From contig JBNKOC010000012.1 of the NCBI GenBank assembly GCA_050294405.1, positions 384,001-448,000 on the forward strand: a DNA stretch of 64,000 nt, read 5' to 3'. How positions within the stretch are numbered: position 1 is the first letter of the stretch; the number at the start of each line of letters is the position of its first letter. Shown in pieces: positions 8,605 to 17,794 of this stretch. The translations under genes were made by a program, and so were the position numbers. This stretch comes from Fibrobacteria bacterium. GTDB lineage: Bacteria; Fibrobacterota; Fibrobacteria; UBA11236; JADFYW01. A model generated the notes under the pieces. It searched no databases. It was not told the DNA's origin and was given only the letters and a program-made list of their open reading frames with translations.

Positions 8605-9447
8605 ATGACTGAAAATAAAATAAACAAGAACTCAATTGGTCTTGGCCTTCGGGTTCCCCATTATAAAGATTTGTTTAAAAACAAACCTAACATCGATTTT
8701 TTTGAAATTATTTCGGAAAATTTCATGGCCACCAAGGGTTTGCCTATGGAGAATTTATTGCGCGTCCTTGAAAACTACCCGGTTGTTTTGCATGGGACCT
8801 CTATGGGCTTGGGCAATAACACGGATCTGAACCCGGATTATTTAAGAGACTTAAAAGAATTATGCCGCATTACTCATACTCCATATTTTACCGATCACTT
8901 ATGTTGGACGGGGTTTAACAATTATTATTTGCACGATTTGCTGCCCCTTCCCTACACAGAAAAGGTGGCCGCTTATATAGCCCAAAGAATTAAATTCGTT
9001 CAGGATTATATGGGTATTCCTTTCGGATTAGAAAACCTTTCCTCTTATGTGGAATTTTCTCAATCTGAAATGACAGAATGGGAGTTTTATAACAAAGTAG
9101 TGGAGTTGTCCGGATGTTATTATATGCTGGATATTAATAATATTTTTGTGTCCTCTGCCAACCATGGGTTTAACCCGCTGGATTATCTGAACTCCATTAA
9201 ATGGGAAAAAGTGTTGCAATGCCATATTGCAGGGCATTCTGAAAATTCAAGTGGAATTATTGTGGATACTCACGATAATTATGTAAGGCAAGAGGTTTGG
9301 GACTTATATAAATATGCCTGGAATTTGTCTGGTGGTTTCCCAACGCTCCTAGAATGGGACGGCAATTTCATCTCACTGGAAGAAACTCATAAAGAAGCTC
9401 TTAAAGCAAAGTCCCTGAGAGAAAAAAAGGAAGCACATGTCCATTGA
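8605..9447 (+). CDS. DUF692 multinuclear non-heme iron oxidative enzyme (MbnB/TglH/BufB family)
   Basis: GLGLRVPHY, FFEIISENF, LHGTSM, TDHLCW, DLLPLP, LENLSSY, LDINN, HIAGH, DTH, LLEWD. ORF track start is TTG 8599. Confidence 0.95.
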   Translation: MTENKINKNSIGLGLRVPHYKDLFKNKPNIDFFEIISENFMATKGLPMENLLRVLENYPVVLHGTSMGLGNNTDLNPDYLRDLKELCRITHTPYFTDHLCWTGFNNYYLHDLLPLPYTEKVAAYIAQRIKFVQDYMGIPFGLENLSSYVEFSQSEMTEWEFYNKVVELSGCYYMLDINNIFVSSANHGFNPLDYLNSIKWEKVLQCHIAGHSENSSGIIVDTHDNYVRQEVWDLYKYAWNLSGGFPTLLEWDGNFISLEETHKEALKAKSLREKKEAHVH

Positions 9448-10279
9448 AGTTCCGGATCAGTTGGCTCTTTTGCAGGAGGAGTTTTCCAAAATGGCTATGA
9501 CTCCCGTTGATTTTTCTACTGGAAAATTTGTGTTTCAAAGGAGTTTGTATCCAAAGGAGCTTGTGAAAAAAGCAGTTAATAATAACATTGCTTCAGGCGA
9601 AGAAAGGCTTGAAGTATATAATCAGCAATATTGGTTTAGGCTTTTTACCTTAATTCAGGAAATTTACCCCATATTATCTAAAGAATTAAACTTATGGACG
9701 ATTAATCAATTGTCTTCTGATTATTTATGCCAATTTCCATCAGAACATTACAGCCTGGATAATTTAGTGGACAGGCTTTATGGATTTATGCAAACCAGTA
9801 AAAAATGGAATCAAAAAAAATGGCTACAACTTGTGGATTTAGAAACATGGTACGAAAAGGCCTTTAGAAAAGAAAATTATCCGGAATTAAATGTGGCTGA
9901 GCTAGACAAAGTTCCCATGGAAAAGTTGCTTCATTCCAGCCTGGGCTTTCAGCCCAGTTTAAAATTATTTCAGCAAAATTGGAACCTTGTGGAAGCTTTG
10001 TTCCCGCATAAAGAACAAAAATCTGAACTTAACGAAACGGAAAGACCAGAGTTTTTCGCGTTGCTTCGAATGGGCCAAAAGTTTTATAAATATGAATTGA
10101 CCCATTCTCAATATGTATTGTTGAAAGAGCTGCTTAACCGGACTGCTCTTAGCGATGCATTTGAAGCAATTTTGCCTAAGTTAGATTCAAGGGAACAATC
10201 CGAGCTAGCGGAAAATTTAAGCAACTGGTTTTTTAACTGGTCTCGTCTGGGATTTTTCGTATCCGTGAATTCCAAGTGA
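9437..10279 (+). CDS. DUF2063-type MNIO partner protein (BufC/HvfC-like)
   Basis: L..LQ..F..., ERLEVYNQQYWFRL...YP and PS...L motifs; overlaps the DUF692 stop. Confidence 0.85.
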   Translation: MSIEVPDQLALLQEEFSKMAMTPVDFSTGKFVFQRSLYPKELVKKAVNNNIASGEERLEVYNQQYWFRLFTLIQEIYPILSKELNLWTINQLSSDYLCQFPSEHYSLDNLVDRLYGFMQTSKKWNQKKWLQLVDLETWYEKAFRKENYPELNVAELDKVPMEKLLHSSLGFQPSLKLFQQNWNLVEALFPHKEQKSELNETERPEFFALLRMGQKFYKYELTHSQYVLLKELLNRTALSDAFEAILPKLDSREQSELAENLSNWFFNWSRLGFFVSVNSK

Positions 10280-10454
10280 AATTTTCACCCCAAATGAGAA
10301 TGATGACCTAGGCGCTTGCCTTTTGATAAATAAGTATATTCTTATAATCTAATATATCATCTCTCTTCAACTATTTAGGGAGAAACAATAATTGCGTACA
10401 ATTAATATATCATGTGCATATTCTTTTAAAATTTGGGGATGTTAGTTTTAAACC

Positions 10455-10487
10455 TGTCAAAAAGGCAAAATTATTGTCCTTTTTTCA
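10455..10487. promoter_or_regulatory. Tandem putative UAS boxes TGTCA-AAA-AGGCA and TGTCC-TTT-TTTCA
   Basis: Boxes 20 bp apart, about 73 bp upstream of the sigma-54 motif at 10560. Confidence 0.45.
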
Positions 10488-10559
10488 TAGCTGCTGCTCC
10501 TCCTGGAATCCTGTCCTGGTCTGTTTAGGGAAATGGGAACGTTTTGCAAAAATATTCCC

Positions 10560-10575
10560 GGGCATGTAATTTGCG
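10560..10575 (+). promoter_or_regulatory. Sigma-54 promoter candidate
   Basis: GGGCAT-GTAAT-TTGCG (GG-N10-GC), about 30 bp upstream of ATG 10607. Confidence 0.65.
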
Positions 10576-10606
10576 CTATAAAATAATTATAGCAAAGGAG
10601 GGCGCT

Positions 10607-11341
10607 ATGACTAACTTGAGGCAATTAAGCCGCTATCTTGAATTTGCCAACCTCCCCCAGGCTGAAAAAAAAGAAATATCAAACCAGATGTTACCAAGCG
10701 TGACCATCTCCAGAATGGCAGGATCACGCGGAGACACAATAATTGAAAAATTATTAAATAAATTAAACGAAAGGAAAAAGGCTCCTGTTTGGGAGGCCTA
10801 TAACAAAACGCTTTTGGCCAAAATCCTGGAAAAAAATAAATGGCCTAAAAATTACCTGCCCTATTTAGAAGAGTCCAAGTATCCTAGCATAGAAAGAGCC
10901 ATTGAGGAAATGATGGGTCTACACCCTTCCTTGGAGTTGCTCCAAACCAGATGCAATAAAGCTATAAAAGATATTGCTACAATGGGCTATGCAATCATTG
11001 TGGGGCGGGGAGCGAATTTTGTGTTAAAAAACCAGGAGAATAATCTTAACATCCGTATAATTGGGAGCTTTGATAAAAGGCTGAGGCGTTTTATGTATGC
11101 CTTAAAAATTACCAAAAAAGAAGCTGAAAAATTGGTCCGGGAGAAGGATAAAAAACAAAAAAAATTTATAAAGACATGGTTTAAAGCCGAAGTGGATGAC
11201 CCGGCCATGTATGATATGGTTATCAATACCGATTCCTTTGAAGATGACCAGGTTGTGGATGTTCTTTTACAGGCTATTTCCTCTTTAAACCAAAATGGAA
11301 TTAGCTCCAGAGAGATTTCTGTTTTTACGCAGGTGGTGTAA
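10607..11341 (+). CDS. Cytidylate kinase-like family protein
   Basis: VTISRMAGSRG P-loop variant, IIVGRGANFVL, YDMVINT. ATG 10607 follows RBS AAGGAGGG (ORF track 10544). Confidence 0.85.
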   Translation: MTNLRQLSRYLEFANLPQAEKKEISNQMLPSVTISRMAGSRGDTIIEKLLNKLNERKKAPVWEAYNKTLLAKILEKNKWPKNYLPYLEESKYPSIERAIEEMMGLHPSLELLQTRCNKAIKDIATMGYAIIVGRGANFVLKNQENNLNIRIIGSFDKRLRRFMYALKITKKEAEKLVREKDKKQKKFIKTWFKAEVDDPAMYDMVINTDSFEDDQVVDVLLQAISSLNQNGISSREISVFTQVV

Positions 11342-11342
11342 A

Positions 11343-12875
11343 TTGGAAAAAATAGAAGTATCTGATGACTTGTATCAAAACAATGCATTTCATGTTTGCC
11401 ATATTGATAGGGATTTACAAATAACCCTTATTAGCCAATCTTTTTTAAGGTTGCTTTCCCAACCGGATTCCGAAATGCTAAACCGTCCCTTTACTGAATT
11501 TTTAAAGGGAGATGAAATTGAAAAATTTAAAAATCAGGCCAGGCATTGCCTGGAAAAGAGCTGCGACTGTAATAGTTATTACCGATTCTTTTTCATGGAA
11601 AAGCATTCCATATATGTAAAATTAACATTGCAACCCATTTTTACGGAAGAATTAGAATGTTCAGAATGCCGGGTGATTCTGGTAGATCTTACCGACAGTG
11701 AATTCACTAAAATGGATTTTTATTTAAACCGCAAACGTTTGGACAGAATCAACAAAACAGACTATGAGGGGCGGCTCATTGGAGGAATGGCCCATGATTA
11801 CAATGATATTATGTCCGCAATATTGCTCAATGTGGAAAACATATCTGAGATCCTGGACCCTGAATCTGATGTATGGGAAGAAATTCAGCTTATTGAAAAC
11901 ATGGCTAAAAGGGGTGATTCTCTAACCAAGCAGTTGCTGGCATTTAGCCATGCTCAAATAGAAAAAATGGATGTTTTAAATTTGAATAAGCTGTTAATAG
12001 AAATGTATTCGCTTGTTACCAGAATGGCTGGGGATGAAGTTGAAGTTTTGTTGCATACGGATAGCCGTCTCAGGGAAATAAAAATGGATAAAGGCCAGCT
12101 TGAAAACATTGTGTTTAATTTGGCCACAAATTCCATAGAATCTCTACAGGCGCATACAAAGGTAAAAAAAATATATATAGAAACTGAAGCCGTTCATCTG
12201 GATGCAGAAACCAGTTTATTAGGTCTAAAGCTAGCCCCAGGGAATTACTCGGTTTTGATTTTTGCAGATACTGGAATTCCGCCTCTGGCAGATGAGTTGG
12301 AAAATTTAATCCGGCCGAAATTTTCGCATAAGGAAAATCACGAAGGCCTGGGTTTAACGACAGTTGCAAATATACTGAGAAAAATTGGGGGCGGGTTACA
12401 AATTTCAGTAAGGCCATCAGGAGGAACAGAAGTGAAGGTATTTTTTCCGGCACATGGAAAGCATTATAATTCCGGATCCCGACAGGGAAATGGAGGCTTA
12501 CCTTTCAAAGATAGTGGGCGGGTTTTGTTGGTGGAAGATGACAAAGCTGTGCGTACCACCATTGCCCGGGTTTTGAGCAAATTCGGTTATGAAGTTTTAG
12601 AGGCAGGTGAGTTTTCCGAGGCTATGGAAATTTTTGGAGAAAACAGGGATAATTTAAAATTTGTTCTTACTGATGTGATTATGCCAAAAACCAGCGGACC
12701 GGAAATGATTCAAAAAATGCTGAAAGAAAATCCCAATACAAAGTATTTATTTACATCAGGCTACACGGAGCGGGCTTTTACCGAATATGGTAAGTTGTTG
12801 AACACAAATAATTTTTTGCAAAAACCATTCTCCGTGCAGCAATTGGCCGATAAAATCAAAGCTGCTCTTCGCTAA
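11343..12875 (+). CDS. PAS hybrid histidine kinase-like protein with receiver; degenerate ATPase boxes
   Basis: H-box AHDYND, N-box NLATNS, altered G1 (DTGIPP) and F box (RPKFSHK), GLGL; intact REC. TTG 11343 after AGGTGG preferred over 11295. Confidence 0.85.
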   Translation: MEKIEVSDDLYQNNAFHVCHIDRDLQITLISQSFLRLLSQPDSEMLNRPFTEFLKGDEIEKFKNQARHCLEKSCDCNSYYRFFFMEKHSIYVKLTLQPIFTEELECSECRVILVDLTDSEFTKMDFYLNRKRLDRINKTDYEGRLIGGMAHDYNDIMSAILLNVENISEILDPESDVWEEIQLIENMAKRGDSLTKQLLAFSHAQIEKMDVLNLNKLLIEMYSLVTRMAGDEVEVLLHTDSRLREIKMDKGQLENIVFNLATNSIESLQAHTKVKKIYIETEAVHLDAETSLLGLKLAPGNYSVLIFADTGIPPLADELENLIRPKFSHKENHEGLGLTTVANILRKIGGGLQISVRPSGGTEVKVFFPAHGKHYNSGSRQGNGGLPFKDSGRVLLVEDDKAVRTTIARVLSKFGYEVLEAGEFSEAMEIFGENRDNLKFVLTDVIMPKTSGPEMIQKMLKENPNTKYLFTSGYTERAFTEYGKLLNTNNFLQKPFSVQQLADKIKAALR

Positions 12876-12902
12876 ATCCTTGCCATATTCAACTTTGGTT
12901 GA

Positions 12903-12993
12903 AGCCAATTTGGCAGAAATTTTTTATGGAAAAAACTTTCTTTATGTAATTACATAAAAACATCCATTATTTTGGATTGGAATACTTTTTGCG
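12903..12993 (+). promoter_or_regulatory. UAS-like box, AT palindrome and sigma-54 promoter candidate
   Basis: AGCCA-ATT-TGGCA (12903-12915); TTTATGTAATTACATAAA (12941-12958); TGGAAT-ACTTT-TTGCG (12978-12993). Confidence 0.55.
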
Positions 12994-13024
12994 GCTTTTG
13001 TTTTAATTGGCAAGGAGTTTTGGT

Positions 13025-13213
13025 ATGTCTGATATACCGGGACCATTAAAGGCCTCTGTAAAGGGGTTTATTTTTACGGCTTCTACGTTATTGGCGCTTA
13101 TGTTTTTATTGTTTTGGATCATTGGAAAATACAACAAATCCCAGGAGGGGAATTACCATGAAAATAGCAGTTGGATTGGTCCAGCCAACTCTCCAGTCTC
13201 AAATGGACCTTGA
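13025..13213 (+). CDS. Small single-TM hypothetical protein
   Basis: RBS AAGGAG before ATG 13025; one hydrophobic helix; 3' end overlaps the next gene by about 56 nt. Confidence 0.45.
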   Translation: MSDIPGPLKASVKGFIFTASTLLALMFLLFWIIGKYNKSQEGNYHENSSWIGPANSPVSNGP

Positions 13214-13508
13214 GTTTGGCAGGACAAATTATTTTGGCATAGTAGATACGTTTTGGGGAATCCAGGAAATTCTAAATAACCCATTTAATTTTGAAGCTCA
13301 GACTGCCAGTGCAGCAGAATTGGCGGATTGGCTCATTCGCGAAGGAGTTGATGTTGTTATAACCGGACTTTGTGAAATGAACGCTTTCCATCATTTTGAC
13401 TCCCATTGCATTCCTGTATACGAAGGGTTTTTTGGAACTGGAGCGGCCGCATTGAGGCAATTTAAACTAGGCAAGTTAAAAAATTTCGAAAAATTAGATG
13501 TAAATTAA
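13158..13508 (+). CDS. NifB/NifX (dinitrogenase FeMo-cofactor biosynthesis) domain protein
   Basis: MKIAV..FGRTNYF.IVD..GVDVVITG..A...F..G.L pattern. ATG 13158 follows RBS GGAGGGG. Confidence 0.8.
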   Translation: MKIAVGLVQPTLQSQMDLEFGRTNYFGIVDTFWGIQEILNNPFNFEAQTASAAELADWLIREGVDVVITGLCEMNAFHHFDSHCIPVYEGFFGTGAAALRQFKLGKLKNFEKLDVN

Positions 13509-13716
13509 ATCTTGCTGAGTTTAGACGGTCTGTGTATTTTATGAACATGATAGTTGAACATTATTCTTCAAAAGTTGAAAAGAAAAAAACTCCAAAATCT
13601 GATTTAATGCTAAACCAGATACATAATTTATTTAATGTTATTGTGCTGGAAAATAGCAACCGACTTTCTCAAACTGCTGAAGAAGAAAAATTTCATCCTG
13701 GAATGTGATACAAGGC

Positions 13717-15492
13717 TTAGCTTTTTTTGGGTTTATCCGGGAAAAATATCTGGAATTTGCTTCCTTTATTTAACTTGCTATCCACTCTAATAAACCCATC
13801 CATTTGCTTTACAATGCCATAGACTGTGGAAAGCCCTAAGCCGGTGCCTTTTCCAATGTCTTTAGTGGTAAAAAAAGGTTCAAAAATTTGGCCTAAAGTT
13901 TCTGCGGTCATTCCCTGTCCCGTATCTTCCACAGATAAAACCACATATTGTCCCGGAATTTCCTGAGAGCTATTTTGAATATCTGAAGAGCGAAGGTGGA
14001 CCTTTTCTGTGGAAATTAGAATGTTGCCCTCTCCTTCAATGGCGTCTTTAGAGTTTATGACTAGATTCATGATGACTTGCTCAACGCTGGTTTTATCGGC
14101 ATAAACATAACAGCTATGGGAGCTAAGCTTCATTTCCAGATGAATGTGCTTTTCCATTAATCTCTGGATCATTTCCAGTAAATTGGATACCACTTGATTC
14201 AAATCCAACATTTCCAGGGTAACAGGTTTTCGACGGCTAAAAGCAAGAAGTTGCTGGGTTAATTTTTTGCCTCTTTGTGCAGCCTCTTTTATTAATCTGA
14301 CTTCCTCTTGGCTATCCGAATCTTTGCTTAAATTTTCCCCCAAAAAATCAGCGTTTAAAGTAATAGTGGCCAAAATATTATTGTAATCATGGGCAATTCC
14401 TCCAGCCAATCTCCCGGTAGCTTCCATTTTTTGTGCCTGACGCAGTTGGGCTTCCAGTTTAGCCTGAATGTGCTCGCCTTCTATACGACTTGTTATATCT
14501 TCCACTGAGCCCAATAAAAATTTTTGGTTGTGGTATTCAATGGGCTTTAGAGAAATTTCGCAATAACGCTCTTTTTCTCCCTGGATTTTCCAAAGGAGTT
14601 TGGACTCTTGCCTATTAAACGCCATGTTTATGGCTTCTTCTAACCTGCCGCTCCAATCAGAATTGGGTTGGGGGTGTTGGGAAAATAACTCTTGGCTGCT
14701 AAGTCCGATTAGCTTTTCTTTAGAGCTGCCCCACAACCGAGTGAATTTTTCGTTGCACTCCTCCAGTTTGTCTCCCAAAACCATGATTCCCAGTTGAGAA
14801 CTTTCAAAAAGGTTTTGGTATTTTTCTTCTCTTTCGTCCTCGTAGAGAACCATAGGTTTTCCTACCCGGCGGAATAAATCCAAACCAACCACGATCACAA
14901 AAAATACAACCATGGCATTTAACCAACTGGCCTTGTAAAATGGTTCCCGAAGTTCTCGCATATCCATTTTTGCGGTTAAGCCAAGGTTGAGTTCGGAAAT
15001 GGGGGTGGTAGCGGCTAAAACCCTATCGCCTGAATAGTCCCATTGGTTGGCAAGAGCCCCTTCGGGATTTTTTAAAGCAAGGTACAGAGGTAAATTTTGG
15101 GCCCTGGCCAGGGGGATGGATTCTAATTGCCCACTGGAAATTTTATGGCTAAAAATCAGATAAAAAATGGAGTCTTTTATTTGAGCGCTTACAAGGAACT
15201 CGCCAGTTTCACCAAAGCCATGAAATTCTGATTGCGCCTTTTGAATTATTTTTAGGAACTCCAATTTTTCTTGGCCTTCGGACCCTGAATTATTTGTCTT
15301 ATGAGTTTCATTTAAATTGCGAATCCAACTTCTTTGAAAGTGGAGCATGTCTCCTAGCAAAGTTTTTTGATAGCTTAAATAGGAGTTGTACAAAATTATG
15401 TTCGCAATTACGGCCACGCAAATGGAAATAGCCATCATGATGGCCATTAAAACCAAACCCCGTTTTCGGGTGCTAATCAATCTTCTTGCCAT
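13717..15492 (-). CDS. Membrane-bound PAS sensor histidine kinase (no receiver)
   Basis: Two TM helices around a periplasmic domain, then PAS; AHDYNN, NLVINS, DTGQGM, FFTTK, GTGLGL. Confidence 0.9.
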   Translation of the reverse strand: MARRLISTRKRGLVLMAIMMAISICVAVIANIILYNSYLSYQKTLLGDMLHFQRSWIRNLNETHKTNNSGSEGQEKLEFLKIIQKAQSEFHGFGETGEFLVSAQIKDSIFYLIFSHKISSGQLESIPLARAQNLPLYLALKNPEGALANQWDYSGDRVLAATTPISELNLGLTAKMDMRELREPFYKASWLNAMVVFFVIVVGLDLFRRVGKPMVLYEDEREEKYQNLFESSQLGIMVLGDKLEECNEKFTRLWGSSKEKLIGLSSQELFSQHPQPNSDWSGRLEEAINMAFNRQESKLLWKIQGEKERYCEISLKPIEYHNQKFLLGSVEDITSRIEGEHIQAKLEAQLRQAQKMEATGRLAGGIAHDYNNILATITLNADFLGENLSKDSDSQEEVRLIKEAAQRGKKLTQQLLAFSRRKPVTLEMLDLNQVVSNLLEMIQRLMEKHIHLEMKLSSHSCYVYADKTSVEQVIMNLVINSKDAIEGEGNILISTEKVHLRSSDIQNSSQEIPGQYVVLSVEDTGQGMTAETLGQIFEPFFTTKDIGKGTGLGLSTVYGIVKQMDGFIRVDSKLNKGSKFQIFFPDKPKKS

Positions 15493-15568
15493 AATATTTT
15501 TAAAGCCAGGCCTTACTGGCCCTGATTAATGATAATTGAGTCTGTTTTAAATATCCCAAACTCCCTTC

Positions 15569-15581
15569 TGACAAATTGTCA
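15569..15581. promoter_or_regulatory. Putative UAS box TGACA-AAT-TGTCA
   Basis: Perfect inverted half-sites, about 82 bp upstream of the sigma-54 motif of the glycogen operon. Confidence 0.55.
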
Positions 15582-15662
15582 AGTTCTTATTTTGAATTCC
15601 CATTCAATTTAACCGGGAGAAATTGTCTTTTATTTGGTTGGAAGTATGTCCCGAAAAAATTG

Positions 15663-15678
15663 GGGTATGAATGTTGCT
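15663..15678 (+). promoter_or_regulatory. Sigma-54 promoter candidate for the glycogen operon
   Basis: GGGTAT-GAATG-TTGCT (GG-N10-GC). Confidence 0.55.
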
Positions 15679-15817
15679 TTCTCAATTTTATTAAACAGAG
15701 GGTCCGACAAAAATTTTAGATGAGAAAGCACAAAAAAGGAATGCAAAATTACCATGCTATAGCTAATTTTTACCCAAAATACAGAGAAATTTGAAGAATA
15801 AATTTCTGAGGAAAAAA

Positions 15818-17794
15818 ATGACAGACGCTTTTAAAATCGACCGATCTCTTTGTTTAAACCTGGAAAAGGCCCTGGATGTTGAGTGGTTAGAAACGAACCA
15901 ACTGGGGGCCTACAGTTCCAGCACCATTCTCAATTGCCATACCAGAAAATATCACGGCCTTTTGGTAACTCCCCTGGCTGGACTCCCTGACAAATATGTT
16001 CTTTTGTCAAAATTAGACATTTCAGTTTTGACAAATCAAAAGGAGTTCTTTCTTGATACTAACAAATACCCTGGCGTGTTCCATGCCACTGGGCATCAGT
16101 TTATCGAATACTTTGACTATGGTGTCTGCCCAGAAGTAGTTTGGCGTATTGGCGATGTTTTGCTTAAACGTTCGATTATGTTGGTTCCTAATAAAAACCA
16201 ACTGCTTGTAAAAATTTCAGTGTTAGAAGGGGAGAAGTCTTTAAAAATTCGCATTCGCCCTAAAATTGCCTACCGCAATTTCCACCATTTGGTTCGGGAA
16301 AACATGGACATCCAGGTTAAAACCTTCCAGGAAGGCAAAAACGGAATGAAAGTCGAGCCCTATTCCGGTATGCCTCCCATGTACATCCATACCAACAGCG
16401 TATTTGAATTTCATCCCGGGCCTACTTGGTTTACCAATGTGGAATACCTTGAAGAGAGGTTTCGAGGGTTCCCTTACCAGGAAGATTTGTTTGCCCCCGG
16501 GGTAATGGACAAGAGGCTCTCAGCCAAACAAGATTTTTATCTTTCTGTAGGATTGGAGCCTAAAGCATCTAACCCAAAATCAGGTTTTGAAAAACTTTAC
16601 GAACAGCGCAAAGCCGAATTTGAAAAAAATAAAAAAGGCGGCAGCCTGGAAATTCTCAAAAACCGCTCCCAATCTTTCGTGGTTTACAATCACAAAAAAG
16701 AACCCTCCATTATTGCAGGCTACCACTGGTTTTTAGAGTGGGGCCGAGATGCCATGATTTCTCTGCCTGGCCTCACCATTTACTCCGGGAAGCCAGAATT
16801 GGGATTGGAAATTCTAAAGACCTATGGCAAATACGAAAAAAATGGTTTAATTCCAAACACGCTTTCCAGCTTTGCGGATGATCATGGATATAATTCTATC
16901 GACGCCGCCCTTTGGTATGTATGGGCAGCACATGTGTACTTTCGCGAAGTGAAAGATATGGACGGGTTCATGCAACATGTATTCCCCACAGTAAATAACA
17001 TTGTGGAATCCATTGTTAATGGCACCAATGGTTTGTTAAAACTCAATGAGTTTGCCCTGTTAAGCGCTGGGAGCCCCGACACCCAACTTACCTGGATGGA
17101 TGCCACTGCCAATGGAAAACCAGTAACTCCGCGTTATGGAATGGCTGTGGAAATAAATGCCCTTTGGATTAGCGCTCTTGCCTTCGTAATTGATTTAAGG
17201 CAAGGTGAAAAATCCTTTGGCCTATCTGGTTGGCTTGAGCTTCTGAAAAAGGCAGAACATAATTTCAAAGAAAAATTTTGGGTTGAAGATGGGGGCTATC
17301 TGGCAGATGTTGTGAATGAAAACGGCCAGGATACTTCGGTTCGTCCCAATCAAATTTTCGCTCTCTCGGTTCCTCATTCGGTGCTTTCCAACGAAGAGAA
17401 AAAATCGGTGCTACAATGCGTTAACAGGGAATTGGTAACCCCCTTTGGACTGAGAACCCTTTCTCCAAAAGATCCAAAGTTCAAGGGCGAATATTCCGGC
17501 AACCCCGACAAGAGAGATTCGGCATACCATCAGGGCACAGTATGGCCCTGGCTTAGCGGAGCTTACATTGAGGCCTGTTTGAAATCGTCGCAAAAGAAAA
17601 AGTCCGAAGCCAAACGCCTCAAAGATTTGTTCGCTCCAATGTGGGAAAAGCACATATATCAACATGGTTTATTAAGTATTGCAGAAATTTTTGATGGAAA
17701 TCCTCCCCATAAACCAAGGGGATGTATTGCCCAGGCGTGGAGCGTTGCTGAAGCTATTCGTGGCCAGGTTTTGATTGAAAAGGTGTTGGTATGA
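15818..17794 (+). CDS. Amylo-alpha-1,6-glucosidase (glycogen debranching enzyme, GH133-type)
   Basis: EWLETNQLGAY, TRKYHGLL, IIAGYHWFLEWGRD, TWMDA, RPNQ, YHQGTVWPW, QAWSVAE. ATG 15818 after GAGG (ORF track 15791). Confidence 0.93.
   Translation: MTDAFKIDRSLCLNLEKALDVEWLETNQLGAYSSSTILNCHTRKYHGLLVTPLAGLPDKYVLLSKLDISVLTNQKEFFLDTNKYPGVFHATGHQFIEYFDYGVCPEVVWRIGDVLLKRSIMLVPNKNQLLVKISVLEGEKSLKIRIRPKIAYRNFHHLVRENMDIQVKTFQEGKNGMKVEPYSGMPPMYIHTNSVFEFHPGPTWFTNVEYLEERFRGFPYQEDLFAPGVMDKRLSAKQDFYLSVGLEPKASNPKSGFEKLYEQRKAEFEKNKKGGSLEILKNRSQSFVVYNHKKEPSIIAGYHWFLEWGRDAMISLPGLTIYSGKPELGLEILKTYGKYEKNGLIPNTLSSFADDHGYNSIDAALWYVWAAHVYFREVKDMDGFMQHVFPTVNNIVESIVNGTNGLLKLNEFALLSAGSPDTQLTWMDATANGKPVTPRYGMAVEINALWISALAFVIDLRQGEKSFGLSGWLELLKKAEHNFKEKFWVEDGGYLADVVNENGQDTSVRPNQIFALSVPHSVLSNEEKKSVLQCVNRELVTPFGLRTLSPKDPKFKGEYSGNPDKRDSAYHQGTVWPWLSGAYIEACLKSSQKKKSEAKRLKDLFAPMWEKHIYQHGLLSIAEIFDGNPPHKPRGCIAQAWSVAEAIRGQVLIEKVLV

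Noticed and set aside
10276..10288. Rex or FNR box (GTGAA-ATT-TTCAC)
   Set aside because: Spacing and flanks do not match TTGTGAA-N4-TTCACAA or TTGAT-N4-ATCAA, and it overlaps a stop codon.
13158..13508. Nitrogen fixation inferred from the NifX-like and nifJ genes
   Set aside because: No nifHDK/ENB in the window; both families are widespread outside diazotrophs.
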